This document shows, one piece after another, positions 36,061 through 45,003 of a stretch of DNA of 64,000 nucleotides. A model generated the notes under the pieces. The model searched no databases, was not told where the DNA came from, and worked only from the letters and a program-made list of their open reading frames with translations. Position numbers and translations under genes: made by a program. The stretch is taken from contig JBEHWO010000002.1 in assembly GCA_040217695.1 (NCBI GenBank), positions 8,538 to 72,537 on the forward strand, given 5' to 3'. Numbering within the stretch: the stretch's first letter is position 1; each line of letters starts with the position of its first letter. The stretch is from Vulcanimicrobiota bacterium (GTDB taxonomy: Bacteria > Vulcanimicrobiota > SpSt-956 > JAKJGF01).

Positions 36061-39000
36061 ATGCAAATCCTGTCATCGCCTTCAAACAGTGTAATTTTTC
36101 TTTTATCTTTCCTCTTGATTTTTCTCATGGTAATAAATATATCTGCCGGAGAAGAGAACCAGGAGCAGCTTTTAAAAAAGTTACTCACCCTCAAAGGAGA
36201 GGAAAGAGCATCTAAAATAAAAGAAAATAAAGATAAACTCAATGAGAACTTTATAGATGAAATTCTCAGAGAAACAAATGAATACTGTAATAATAGAGAA
36301 GCTATCCCTGAATGTAAAGAATTTATGGAACTTGCCCTTGAAATCTCTCTTTTCATAGAAGATAAAAAATCCCATGGGAAAATCCTGCTTTTTAATACGG
36401 TAATAGACATTCTGGAAAGAAAAGGTAAAGATCTGTCTGACCTTAATAAAGCTCTGGAGTTATTTAAAGAAACAGGAGATTTAAAAGGTCAGGCATCATG
36501 CTATATCTTACATGGGATAATACTGCAGGCATGGAATAATCATGAAGAAAGCCTTTCTTATTTCAATAAAGGTCTGGAAATTTATGAGAAAAGAGAAGAC
36601 AGAATAGGTGAAATAAATAGTCTGATAAGAATAGCAGATCTGTATTCTTCTAAGGACGAAGAAGAAGCTCTTGAGGCTTATAACATGGCTCTCGCCATAT
36701 GTGAAAAAAATGAATATTTTCTAAAAAAAATACCTGTCCATCAGCTTATGGCAGGAATATTTTTAAAACAGGGAAGATTTGAAGAAGCCCTTTCCCATCT
36801 CGATATATGTGAACATTTGCTCTCCTCTGTAAAAGAAGAAAAGAGGGATGAAATTTACTATCCTGAGAAATTTGAAACAGAAAGATACTATGACAGACTC
36901 TATCTTCTCATAAATAACTGCAGTGAATACGGCAGGTTATACAGTCAGAGAGGGAAATATGAGGAAGCCCTTAAATATTATCAAAAAGAACTGGAACTTG
37001 CCGGAACTTCAAAATACAGATCAGAAGAGATAAAAGCTCTATGGAACACAGGAATAACTTACGGAAAAATAGGTAAAAAAGAGAATGCTCTGAAATTCTT
37101 CCGCATGTCTCTTAATATTCAAAGTAATGAAATGGAACACAGTCTGAAGAGTGTAAACTATTATTTTCTGGGACGTTATTATCTTCAGGAAATGAATGAT
37201 CTCTATTCCTGCCTGGAATGTTATAAGGAAGGCATTAAATATGCAGAAAAAATTGATTTATCCATATTAAAAGATTTTCTCATAAGTATGGGACTCAGAT
37301 TTACAGGGGAAGCATTTCTCTGTAATGGCGACCTCTCTTCAGCAGAAAAAAATCTGAAAGAAAGTTTTCTTATATATGAAAAAATTCAAAACTATTATAC
37401 ACCAAAGGATGATCATATAGCCCGCATTTATATGGCTCTCGGAGAGGTTTACCGGAAGAAGAAAGACTATGACAGGGCTATGTCATATTATAAAAAATCT
37501 TTAGCGATTACGGAAGAGTATTATTTTACTGCTGCCAGAGCAGATTGTTATGAATACATGGGAGTCCTTTATGAAGAACAGGGTAAATATGGGAAAGCCA
37601 TTAAGCATTACGAAGAAGCTCTTAAAATAAATCAGAAGATAAATAATCCCGACAGGATATGGAAAAATTTCTTCTCTTTAGGAAAGCTCTATCAGAAAGA
37701 AGGAAAGTCACAGGAAGCTTTCAATTATTATAAATCTTCACTCACAGTCATAGAAACTATGAGACAGGAAATGAAAATAGGCGATTTCAAGAAGGATTTT
37801 ATGAAAGATAAAATAGAAGTTTATGAAAAATCCATAGAATTTCTTGCGCAAATAAAAGATTACAATAAAGCTTTTAACTGCAGTGAAAGATGTAAAGGCA
37901 GAGTTTTCCTGGATTTGCTCAATAAAAATAAAGTTGATAAAGTCCATAATATGTCTTCAGAACTTGTAAAAAAAGAAAAAGATCTGTCAGAAAAAATAGA
38001 GATACAGAATGTCAGGCTTGGAGAAGAAGAGCAGAAACCTCCCAAAAAACAGGATAAAGATTTAATAAATCTTCTCTCTTCGGAGCTGAAGAAGTTAAAA
38101 AGTGATTATGAAGATCTTCTGGATGAAATCAGAATTAAAGATCCCGAATATTTATCACTTATAAGTGTTTCACCGGAAAAAGTGGAAGATATTCAGAAAC
38201 TTCTGGATGAAGATACCCTTCTTATCGAATATTTTACAGGTATAGAGAAAACTTTTCTATGGACTGTAACAAAAGATGAACTTCATATGTTTATAATACC
38301 TGTTAAACAGGATGAGTTAGAAAGACAGATTAAAGATTACAGAGAAGAAATTGCAGAACATATGACAGAAGAAAAAATAAAATCGGAACAGTGGAGAGAC
38401 ATGGCAAAAAACCTTTATTCTCTCCTTCTAAAAAAAAGCGAACTTTCTTTCAGTAATAAAAAAAATATTCTCATAGTACCCGATGGTATGCTTAATTATC
38501 TCCCTTTTCATACCCTTGTTGATGACAAAAACAGATGTTTTATAGAAAATTTTAATATTACCTTTATTCCCTCGGGAAGTATATTAAAATACTGTAAAGA
38601 AAAAAATACCTTTTCAAATAATAAACTGATTCTTTTCGCTCTTGGTAATCTTAAAATAAGAGGTTATTCATCTCTCCCTTTTACAGTGGATGAAGTTAAA
38701 TCTATAGGGAAATTATACGGTGAAAAAGAATGTTATATGGAAAAAGATATGACTCTGGAAAAAGTTATTCAAAACTCCGGTAAAGGTGATATTATTCATT
38801 TTGCCACTCACGGTATTCTTGATCCTGAGACTCCATTTTTTTCACATCTTGTCCTTTCGGACTGTGACCTTGAACTTTATAAAATCTTCAGTCTTGATTT
38901 ACATGCCTATCTTGTAACACTGAGCTGCTGTTCAACCGGTCTGGGGAAGATTGTAAAAGGTGATGAACTTACAGGTATTTCCAGGGCTTTTATTTATGCA

Positions 39001-39198
39001 GGCACTCCTTCTGTATGTGTAAGCCTCTGGGATATATCAGATGAGTCCACTTCCATCTTAATGGAAAGATTTTATTCCTATATGAAAGAAGGGAAAGATA
39101 AATCAGAAGCTCTCAGACTCGCAGAACTGGATGTAAGAAAGAAATTTCCCCATCCCTTCTTCTGGGCTCCTTTTATTTTAACAGGAGACTGGAAGTAA
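36061..39198 (+). CDS. Exported TPR-repeat / CHAT-domain (caspase-like) protein
   Basis: The ATG at 36061 gives the leader MQILSSPSNSVIFLLSFLLIFLMVINISAG. Many TPR-like repeats (..AL.YY.K.L.I..). CHAT dyad IIHFATHG and LVTLSCCSTG. Confidence 0.8.
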   Translation: MQILSSPSNSVIFLLSFLLIFLMVINISAGEENQEQLLKKLLTLKGEERASKIKENKDKLNENFIDEILRETNEYCNNREAIPECKEFMELALEISLFIEDKKSHGKILLFNTVIDILERKGKDLSDLNKALELFKETGDLKGQASCYILHGIILQAWNNHEESLSYFNKGLEIYEKREDRIGEINSLIRIADLYSSKDEEEALEAYNMALAICEKNEYFLKKIPVHQLMAGIFLKQGRFEEALSHLDICEHLLSSVKEEKRDEIYYPEKFETERYYDRLYLLINNCSEYGRLYSQRGKYEEALKYYQKELELAGTSKYRSEEIKALWNTGITYGKIGKKENALKFFRMSLNIQSNEMEHSLKSVNYYFLGRYYLQEMNDLYSCLECYKEGIKYAEKIDLSILKDFLISMGLRFTGEAFLCNGDLSSAEKNLKESFLIYEKIQNYYTPKDDHIARIYMALGEVYRKKKDYDRAMSYYKKSLAITEEYYFTAARADCYEYMGVLYEEQGKYGKAIKHYEEALKINQKINNPDRIWKNFFSLGKLYQKEGKSQEAFNYYKSSLTVIETMRQEMKIGDFKKDFMKDKIEVYEKSIEFLAQIKDYNKAFNCSERCKGRVFLDLLNKNKVDKVHNMSSELVKKEKDLSEKIEIQNVRLGEEEQKPPKKQDKDLINLLSSELKKLKSDYEDLLDEIRIKDPEYLSLISVSPEKVEDIQKLLDEDTLLIEYFTGIEKTFLWTVTKDELHMFIIPVKQDELERQIKDYREEIAEHMTEEKIKSEQWRDMAKNLYSLLLKKSELSFSNKKNILIVPDGMLNYLPFHTLVDDKNRCFIENFNITFIPSGSILKYCKEKNTFSNNKLILFALGNLKIRGYSSLPFTVDEVKSIGKLYGEKECYMEKDMTLEKVIQNSGKGDIIHFATHGILDPETPFFSHLVLSDCDLELYKIFSLDLHAYLVTLSCCSTGLGKIVKGDELTGISRAFIYAGTPSVCVSLWDISDESTSILMERFYSYMKEGKDKSEALRLAELDVRKKFPHPFFWAPFILTGDWK

Positions 39199-39219
39199 AA
39201 GAGCCATGAGATGGTTTAG

Positions 39220-39286
39220 AGTTGATAGTTGATAGTTTTATTTAATTCTTTCACCTCTCAACCCTCAACCCTCAACCCTCAGTTAA
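39220..39286. repeat. Two heptamer arrays: AGTTGAT x2-3 and CAACCCT x3 (5 units in register)
   Basis: agttgat agttgat agtttta ... cacctct caaccct caaccct caaccct cagttaa, between convergent genes. Confidence 0.85.
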
Positions 39287-39771
39287 TATCTCCCTGTTCC
39301 TCCGCAGGAAGAACATTTACCTGTACCGCAGCAGGAACCGCATCTATCATCTGAACCCGGCCCGGCCTTACCTGAACCAACGGGACAGCAGTAGCTACAT
39401 TCACCTGTACCGTCACACCAGACACATTCCGGCTTTTGCTCCCCTCTGGTCTTAAGGGCTTCATCAGATGGATGATATTTTCTTATAACCTCAACCTTTT
39501 TACTTTCTTTATCATACCTGATAATAACTTCCCATTTATTTTCTCCTTCTTTAAATGGAATATTGACAGGCACCATATAGAGGTCTTTTTCTCCTTTACA
39601 GACAATGGAGGTTTCCTGCCCGTCCATATATACCTTAAGAGTCTCGGAAACAGCACAGAAAGCTTTTGATATAAAACAGTTTTCTTTAAAAGACAGGGTA
39701 ATCTGAGATAAAAAAACGAGAAGCAGCAGGGCAGAAGAGAAGATTAAGACACTTCTTCCAATTTTTTTCAT
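39283..39771 (-). CDS. Small exported protein with C-terminal DnaJ-type CxxCxGxG zinc-finger repeats
   Basis: The RBS AAGGAGGTG is present. Leader LIFSSALLLLVFL. C-terminus CVWCDGTGEC..CGSCCGTGKCSSCGGTGRY. Confidence 0.7.
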   Translation of the reverse strand: MKKIGRSVLIFSSALLLLVFLSQITLSFKENCFISKAFCAVSETLKVYMDGQETSIVCKGEKDLYMVPVNIPFKEGENKWEVIIRYDKESKKVEVIRKYHPSDEALKTRGEQKPECVWCDGTGECSYCCPVGSGKAGPGSDDRCGSCCGTGKCSSCGGTGRY

Positions 39772-39857
39772 AACTTATTCACCTCCTTATGATTTTAATG
39801 CAGATTTAACTGGCTATGTTCAAAATTCTTTAGAATGAGTCATAATCCTTCATATAT

Positions 39858-39947
39858 TATACCAAAGGATAAGTTGAGTAACCCTTCAACGGAATAAAAC
39901 CTATACTTTGGTATAGGTTTTATTATTTACCAAAAGTGATATATAAT
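39858..39947 (+). promoter_or_regulatory. Dual-box promoter module P6
   Basis: Box A tataccaaaggata 39858-39871. Box B tatactttggtata 39902-39915 (44 nt, inverted orientation). tataat 39942-39947 (40 nt). Confidence 0.45.
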
Positions 39948-39981
39948 ATTACAGGTAGTTTCAGAAATTCTTATAATTTAA

Positions 39982-40428
39982 ATTCATAATTTTCAATTTA
40001 AAACACCTCCACTTAATTTCTTCAGAACAGTAGAATGTGAAGGAGATGTATGTGATATTATCAGAGCAGAGCCGAATGTGATTATTTTTCGTGTTCTGCC
40101 TGATGAAGAAATCTCCCTGGTCTTTTCAGCAAAAAGGCCGGGAGTGGATTTTTTACTTCAACCGGTAAAGATGGATTTCGGTTATAAAGAATCTTTCCAG
40201 AAACGTCTTCCTGAAGCCTATGAAAGATTGCTTTTAGATGTAATCAGAGGAGATGCCACACTTTTCCCGAGGTTTGATGAAATTGAAGCTACATGGGACA
40301 TTGTAGAATCGGTAATAAATTTATGGGAAACAAAAAATGAGCCGCCTGTGTTAAAATATATTCACGGCACAGACGGCCCCGGTGAAAATTTATTTGACTG
40401 CTGTGAAGGAAACTGGAAGAAATTGTAG
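39982..40428 (+). pseudogene. zwf: 3' remnant of glucose-6-phosphate dehydrogenase (last 120-140 codons only)
   Basis: ..EPNVIIFRVLPDEEISLVFSAKRPG..VKMDFGY..LPEAYERLLLDVIRGDATLFPRFDEIEATW..GTDGP is the C-terminal G6PD signature. The N-terminal roughly 350 codons (NADP and substrate sites) are absent. Confidence 0.7.
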
Positions 40429-40440
40429 TTCTGAAGAGAA

Positions 40441-40466
40441 GTGGTGGTTTGCAAACCGCCGCTTTT
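40441..40466 (+). terminator. Rho-independent terminator retained after the zwf remnant
   Basis: gtggtggtttg/caaaccgccgc (stem with G-U pairs) followed by tttt. Confidence 0.5.
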
Positions 40467-40467
40467 G

Positions 40468-41376
40468 CTATATATTCCATAATCCCTTTAATTGTTCCGC
40501 CCGTGGTATTCCTTTTCTCCCTCCGAGAGAACGGCATTTAAGACCTGCTATAAGGGATGCAAACTCCAGGTTTTTCTCAAGACTGTATCCGAGAGTAATA
40601 CCACGGGCAAAGGCACCGTGAAACACATCTCCGGCGCCGGTAGTATCTACGACAGGAGAAACACTGTATGCTTTCTGCCTTATGACTTTACTGCCATCGC
40701 AGGCAAGAGAACCTTCTTCTCCAAGGGTAACTACAAGTACGGAAGAAGGGAATTTTTTCTGCCATAAGATTACGGCTTTTTGAAGTGTTGTCTCTCCCGT
40801 AAAGGAAAGAAGATATTTTACAGGAAGAATATTATGGGTAGCGAGAGAAAAAATTTCATCATTTTCAGGAGCATACCTTTCTATATCAGTGACAACAGGG
40901 ATATTTTCCTTTCTGGCAATTCTGACTGCTTCAAGGGAAGCTCTGGAATGATGCACATCGGTAAGAAGACAGGAACAATTTTTTATAAAATCTCCGTCTA
41001 TATCTTTTTCTGAAAGCAATCTTTTATTTCCTCTGTTATAAAAGATTGTACGTTCTCCGCTATGGGTAAAACAGAAAGCTATATGAGAGGTAGCGCCTGT
41101 ATCAATAAATAAACGGCTCACATCCACTCCTTCTGCTACAAGAGACTGTCTTATCTTCTCCCCTGTTTCATCATCGCCTGTGACTCCTGTTACGGCACAT
41201 ATTCCTCCCAGACGGGCTGCCGTTACAATCGCTGTTCCTGCCTGCCCTCCGCCCTGTTGATCCAGAAAAGATATTTCTGCCTTTTCACCGGCACCGGGAT
41301 ACTTATTTACAATACCGATATAATCCCAGGCAACGCCGCCTATGGCAATGATATCAAATGTTCCGGGTGAATTCAT
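40468..41376 (-). CDS. PfkB-family carbohydrate kinase (ribokinase-like)
   Basis: IIAIGGVAWDYIG..GGGQAGTA..the DTTGAGDVFHGAF anion-hole/catalytic motif. Confidence 0.85.
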   Translation of the reverse strand: MNSPGTFDIIAIGGVAWDYIGIVNKYPGAGEKAEISFLDQQGGGQAGTAIVTAARLGGICAVTGVTGDDETGEKIRQSLVAEGVDVSRLFIDTGATSHIAFCFTHSGERTIFYNRGNKRLLSEKDIDGDFIKNCSCLLTDVHHSRASLEAVRIARKENIPVVTDIERYAPENDEIFSLATHNILPVKYLLSFTGETTLQKAVILWQKKFPSSVLVVTLGEEGSLACDGSKVIRQKAYSVSPVVDTTGAGDVFHGAFARGITLGYSLEKNLEFASLIAGLKCRSLGGRKGIPRAEQLKGLWNI

Positions 41377-41384
41377 GTTAGAAT

Positions 41385-41417
41385 CGTGACGCGTGACGCG
41401 TGACGCGTGACGCGTGA
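41385..41417. repeat. Heptamer array CGTGACG x4.7, 8 nt upstream of the PfkB start codon
   Basis: gaatc gtgacgc gtgacgc gtgacgc gtgacgc gtgaaat. Confidence 0.9.
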
Positions 41418-41440
41418 AATACTCCGTTTATAGTAGAAAA

Positions 41441-41488
41441 ATGGCGAACACGGCAATAATCTCTACTCACCATTCACTGTTCACCGGT
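41441..41488. repeat. GTGAGTA-family heptamer element, related to 50601-50640
   Basis: The reverse complement reads ccggtgaacagtgaatggtgagtagagattattgccg; compare gccggtgaacagtgagtagaggattaccgc at 50611-50640. Confidence 0.6.
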
Positions 41489-41532
41489 AAATAAACATGA
41501 AAGAAACTGATGGTTCGCATCATGTTATATAG

Positions 41533-43293
41533 TTAAACTTTTTTATAAACACAGCGTGGTACAACATATTTAACAGGACATTTATCTGCATCGTCTCCGT
41601 AAGGACATGTTATTACCATTTCCGTTAAAGCCACTTCCTCATCAACAGAATATTCGGTAATTCCGAGATTGTACAGAGCATTACAGGCATTACGTCTCAC
41701 GCTCCAGAAATCACAGGTTTTAATCAATTCCTCCAGAGGGGATGTTGCCTTTTTATCATTCAATTTTCCAAGGACTCTTGCTGCTTCTTTCCTGATCTCT
41801 CTGTTTTCATCCTTCAGTCTTTCTATTACAATATCGGTAACAGCAGAATTCCCTGCGCCTATAGTACCGAGAACCGACAGAACTTTGTTTCTGATAAGAG
41901 GTTCTCTGTGACCTGCCAGAGCCATAACATCCTCTATTGCATCAGAGGCTTTCATGGATTTTATAGCTTCCAGTGCCTGACAGATAACATTTTTATCTGC
42001 ATCATTCAAATGTAACCTGATTACAGGCAATGCTTCTACTGCTTTAATTCTTCCAAGAACCTGAAGGGCACCTATTTTTGCCCATACGGCAAGTTTAATT
42101 TTCTTCAAAGCCAGAAGAATTTCTTTCTCTAAAAGCTCCGACTCCCTGCGGGCGAACATATCTGTCAGGGCAGGAAGGGCTCTGCTGTCTTTGAGCTCTG
42201 CAAGAGCTCTTATAGCTCTTATTTTAAGGCGTATTACATCGCCGCTTACTGCCATATTTATCAGTTCCTTTATATCTATGGGATTGATACAGAGGACTTC
42301 TACAAGATCCTGCACGGACGAAAGACTGCTCATTTCGGAAAGGGTATTGACAGCCGTTATACGTACCAAATTATGGCTGTCCTGAAGACAATCTATAAGA
42401 GCCATTAAAGCTTTTTCGGATTTCAACTTGCCAATTGCTTCAATAATAGCTTTCTTTTTATATTTATTATTTGTATGTTTGAGAGCCTCAATAAGAGCTT
42501 CCACAACTGACTCTCCCTGAGCAGCCATAGCAGCTACGGCTTTTTCTCTCACAACGGCATTAACATCTCCCATGAGTTTCAGCAAAGGTGTTATAACTTC
42601 ATGGCCCCCTATTTTACCGAGAGCTCTTACTACCTCTTCTCTGACGGAAATATCTTCATCACAGGAAAGCCTGATAAGTTCCTCTTTTGCAGATGTACAC
42701 TTCAACTCGCCGAGAACCCTTACAATACCTGCTTTTATCTGGGTACTGTGAGAGGAAAGAGAACTGATTAATATATCTACTTCTTCTTTCCCTGTTTCTA
42801 TAAGTGCCTCTACAGCCTTTTTATGTATTTCTTCATCAGGCAACTGTAATATATACAGCAGAGAAAGGACCGATTGGAAATCTCCCTCTGATTTTATGAC
42901 ATCAATCTCATTGTTAATAATATTTACAGCAGTATTTCTGACAAACCATTCAGGGTCCTGACACAGTCCTATCAATTCACCTATAACATAGAGACCGCCG
43001 ATTTTCCTGAAATTCCCCAGGGCTCTTATTGCAGCGGTTCTTATATTGGGATTTGCATCCAGAAGAATTTTGGGTTTTAAAAGATATTTCATGGAATCGG
43101 GATTTTTTGTATCAGCCAGAGCGTATATAGCTGTTTCTCTTACACTGTCATCTTTATCATTCAGTGCATCTACAAGAAGAGAAAAAGCATCTTCCCCGGA
43201 CATCTTTGAAATATCAACGACTGCTCTTCTTCTTACTTCAGTTATATCACTGTTTAATTGTCCTGACAATTCGCTTAAAGTCATAGTAAACAC
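41533..43293 (-). CDS. HEAT-repeat (PBS-lyase type) protein
   Basis: About 15 repeats of the D..VR..A..ALG..G form, with a Cys-rich tail CPYGDDADKCP..PRC. Confidence 0.75.
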   Translation of the reverse strand: MFTMTLSELSGQLNSDITEVRRRAVVDISKMSGEDAFSLLVDALNDKDDSVRETAIYALADTKNPDSMKYLLKPKILLDANPNIRTAAIRALGNFRKIGGLYVIGELIGLCQDPEWFVRNTAVNIINNEIDVIKSEGDFQSVLSLLYILQLPDEEIHKKAVEALIETGKEEVDILISSLSSHSTQIKAGIVRVLGELKCTSAKEELIRLSCDEDISVREEVVRALGKIGGHEVITPLLKLMGDVNAVVREKAVAAMAAQGESVVEALIEALKHTNNKYKKKAIIEAIGKLKSEKALMALIDCLQDSHNLVRITAVNTLSEMSSLSSVQDLVEVLCINPIDIKELINMAVSGDVIRLKIRAIRALAELKDSRALPALTDMFARRESELLEKEILLALKKIKLAVWAKIGALQVLGRIKAVEALPVIRLHLNDADKNVICQALEAIKSMKASDAIEDVMALAGHREPLIRNKVLSVLGTIGAGNSAVTDIVIERLKDENREIRKEAARVLGKLNDKKATSPLEELIKTCDFWSVRRNACNALYNLGITEYSVDEEVALTEMVITCPYGDDADKCPVKYVVPRCVYKKV

Positions 43294-43794
43294 CTATATT
43301 CTTTCTATAAATCCTTCACAGCATTTACCGGGGTTAAAGCCAGTCAAAGTATGATTACATGCTATATTTGCCGTTATCCCTGCAACACCGGCAAAACATC
43401 CGATACGGGGACAGGTCAATTCACTGATGACATTGCCTCTGTCCAGTATATCCTGACAGCATGGAAGGTAGACACAGTTAAATACAGATACCTCGAGTTT
43501 ATTGGGATTTACCTCTCTTAATACAAATTGCCTGGTATCTTCAAAAAGTCCGCTCTTAAGCCCCAGCTCTATATAAGCTTCCACTGCTTCTTTTATTGTA
43601 CCGGCCGGTTTCATATGATAACCATATTCATTGCATATGATATCAATCAAATTACCGGCTGCATTTTCATATACTCTCCTGCAGAATTCCCCCGGATGAG
43701 GGAAAAAATCCCTGGCACTTTCCTCTATGGCTGTAACCCAGATTCTTACAAGTTCTCTTTGAGTTCTTCCATGTTTATATTTGGGATCTATCAT
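43294..43794 (-). CDS. V4R-like small-molecule-binding domain protein
   Basis: 166 aa. Conserved Cys pattern ..VFNCVYLPCCQDIL..LTCPRIGCFAGVAG. Directly abuts both neighbouring genes. Confidence 0.55.
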   Translation of the reverse strand: MIDPKYKHGRTQRELVRIWVTAIEESARDFFPHPGEFCRRVYENAAGNLIDIICNEYGYHMKPAGTIKEAVEAYIELGLKSGLFEDTRQFVLREVNPNKLEVSVFNCVYLPCCQDILDRGNVISELTCPRIGCFAGVAGITANIACNHTLTGFNPGKCCEGFIERI

Positions 43795-43795
43795 G

Positions 43796-44992
43796 TTACT
43801 TCTCCTCCACTAATTTCTTTGTTTCCTGTGCTATTACAAGCTCTTCATTTGTGGGGACACATAAAACTGCAGTTTTCCCTTTACTTATTATTAAACTTCT
43901 CTTATCATTCATCTCTTTATCAATTTCTATGCCCAGGAATTCAAGTCCTTCACAGACAAGTTCTCTTACACGGGAAGCATTTTCTCCTATACCGCCGGTA
44001 AAAACAACCGCATCAAGACCTCCCATGACTGCCCCGTAGGCACCTATATATTTTTTAATCCTGTGGCAGAAAACATCGAGAGCCAGTTTAAACTGAGCTT
44101 CTCCTCTGTCGGCCCCGTCTATTATCTCTCTCATATCATTTGATCTTTCCGAAATGCCTTTGAGACCTGACTGGTTATTCATAAGTTTATCCATTTCGGC
44201 AGGTTTGAGTCCTTCTTTTTCTATGAGATAGGTAACAATGGCAGGGTCAATATCCCCGCATCTTGTTCCCATAACAACACCTTCAAGAGGAGTAAATCCC
44301 ATGGACGTATCTATGGAAATACCTCCTTTAACTGCAGCAATACTTGCGCCGTTTCCGAGATGACATGTGACTATCTTCAAATCCTCAACAGGTCTTTTTA
44401 AAATTTCTGCAGCTTTCTTTGAAACATAATAATGGGATGTGCCGTGAAAACCATATCTTCTGATACCCATTTTCTTATATAAAGAATAAGGAAGGGCATA
44501 TATGTAAGAAGAAGGAGGCATTTTCTGATGAAAAGCAGTATCAAAAACGCCAACCTGAGGTTTTCCCGGTATAATTCTGGCACATTCTTTTATACCTTTC
44601 AGATTATGGGGATTATGAAGAGGAGCGAACTTAATACAGTCTTCTATTTGCTGTATAACTTCGTCGTTAATGATAACAGAACTGGCAAATTTCTCTCCCC
44701 CGTGAACCACGCGATGACCGATGGCCATAATTTCATCCATGTTTTTTATTGTACCATGCTGGGGATGGGTAAGAATATCAATTATCTTCTGAATTGCCAC
44801 TGCATGATTACTGATTTCCGTAACTTCTCTGTATTCGTTTTTACCTTTCGGTTGATACCTGAAAATAGCATCAGTACTGCCTATTCTTTCTACTATACCT
44901 TTTGCCAGATTTTCTTCTGTCTCTGCACGGATAAGTTGAAATTTAGCAGATGAGCTGCCACAGTTTAATACCAGGATATTTATTGTTACCAC
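43796..44992 (-). CDS. ackA: Acetate kinase
   Basis: ILVLNCGSSSAKFQL..GHRVVHGGE..FDTAFHQ.MP..YG.HGTSH..CHLGNGAS..FTGGIGEN. Confidence 0.92.
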   Translation of the reverse strand: MVTINILVLNCGSSSAKFQLIRAETEENLAKGIVERIGSTDAIFRYQPKGKNEYREVTEISNHAVAIQKIIDILTHPQHGTIKNMDEIMAIGHRVVHGGEKFASSVIINDEVIQQIEDCIKFAPLHNPHNLKGIKECARIIPGKPQVGVFDTAFHQKMPPSSYIYALPYSLYKKMGIRRYGFHGTSHYYVSKKAAEILKRPVEDLKIVTCHLGNGASIAAVKGGISIDTSMGFTPLEGVVMGTRCGDIDPAIVTYLIEKEGLKPAEMDKLMNNQSGLKGISERSNDMREIIDGADRGEAQFKLALDVFCHRIKKYIGAYGAVMGGLDAVVFTGGIGENASRVRELVCEGLEFLGIEIDKEMNDKRSLIISKGKTAVLCVPTNEELVIAQETKKLVEEK

Positions 44993-45003
44993 CTTCTTTT
45001 AAT

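Noticed and set aside
40289-40621. ORFs 40289-40537 (minus strand) and 40382-40621 (plus strand) downstream of the zwf remnant.
   Set aside because: They overlap the 3' end of the well-supported PfkB kinase gene or the terminator region, and they have no motifs.
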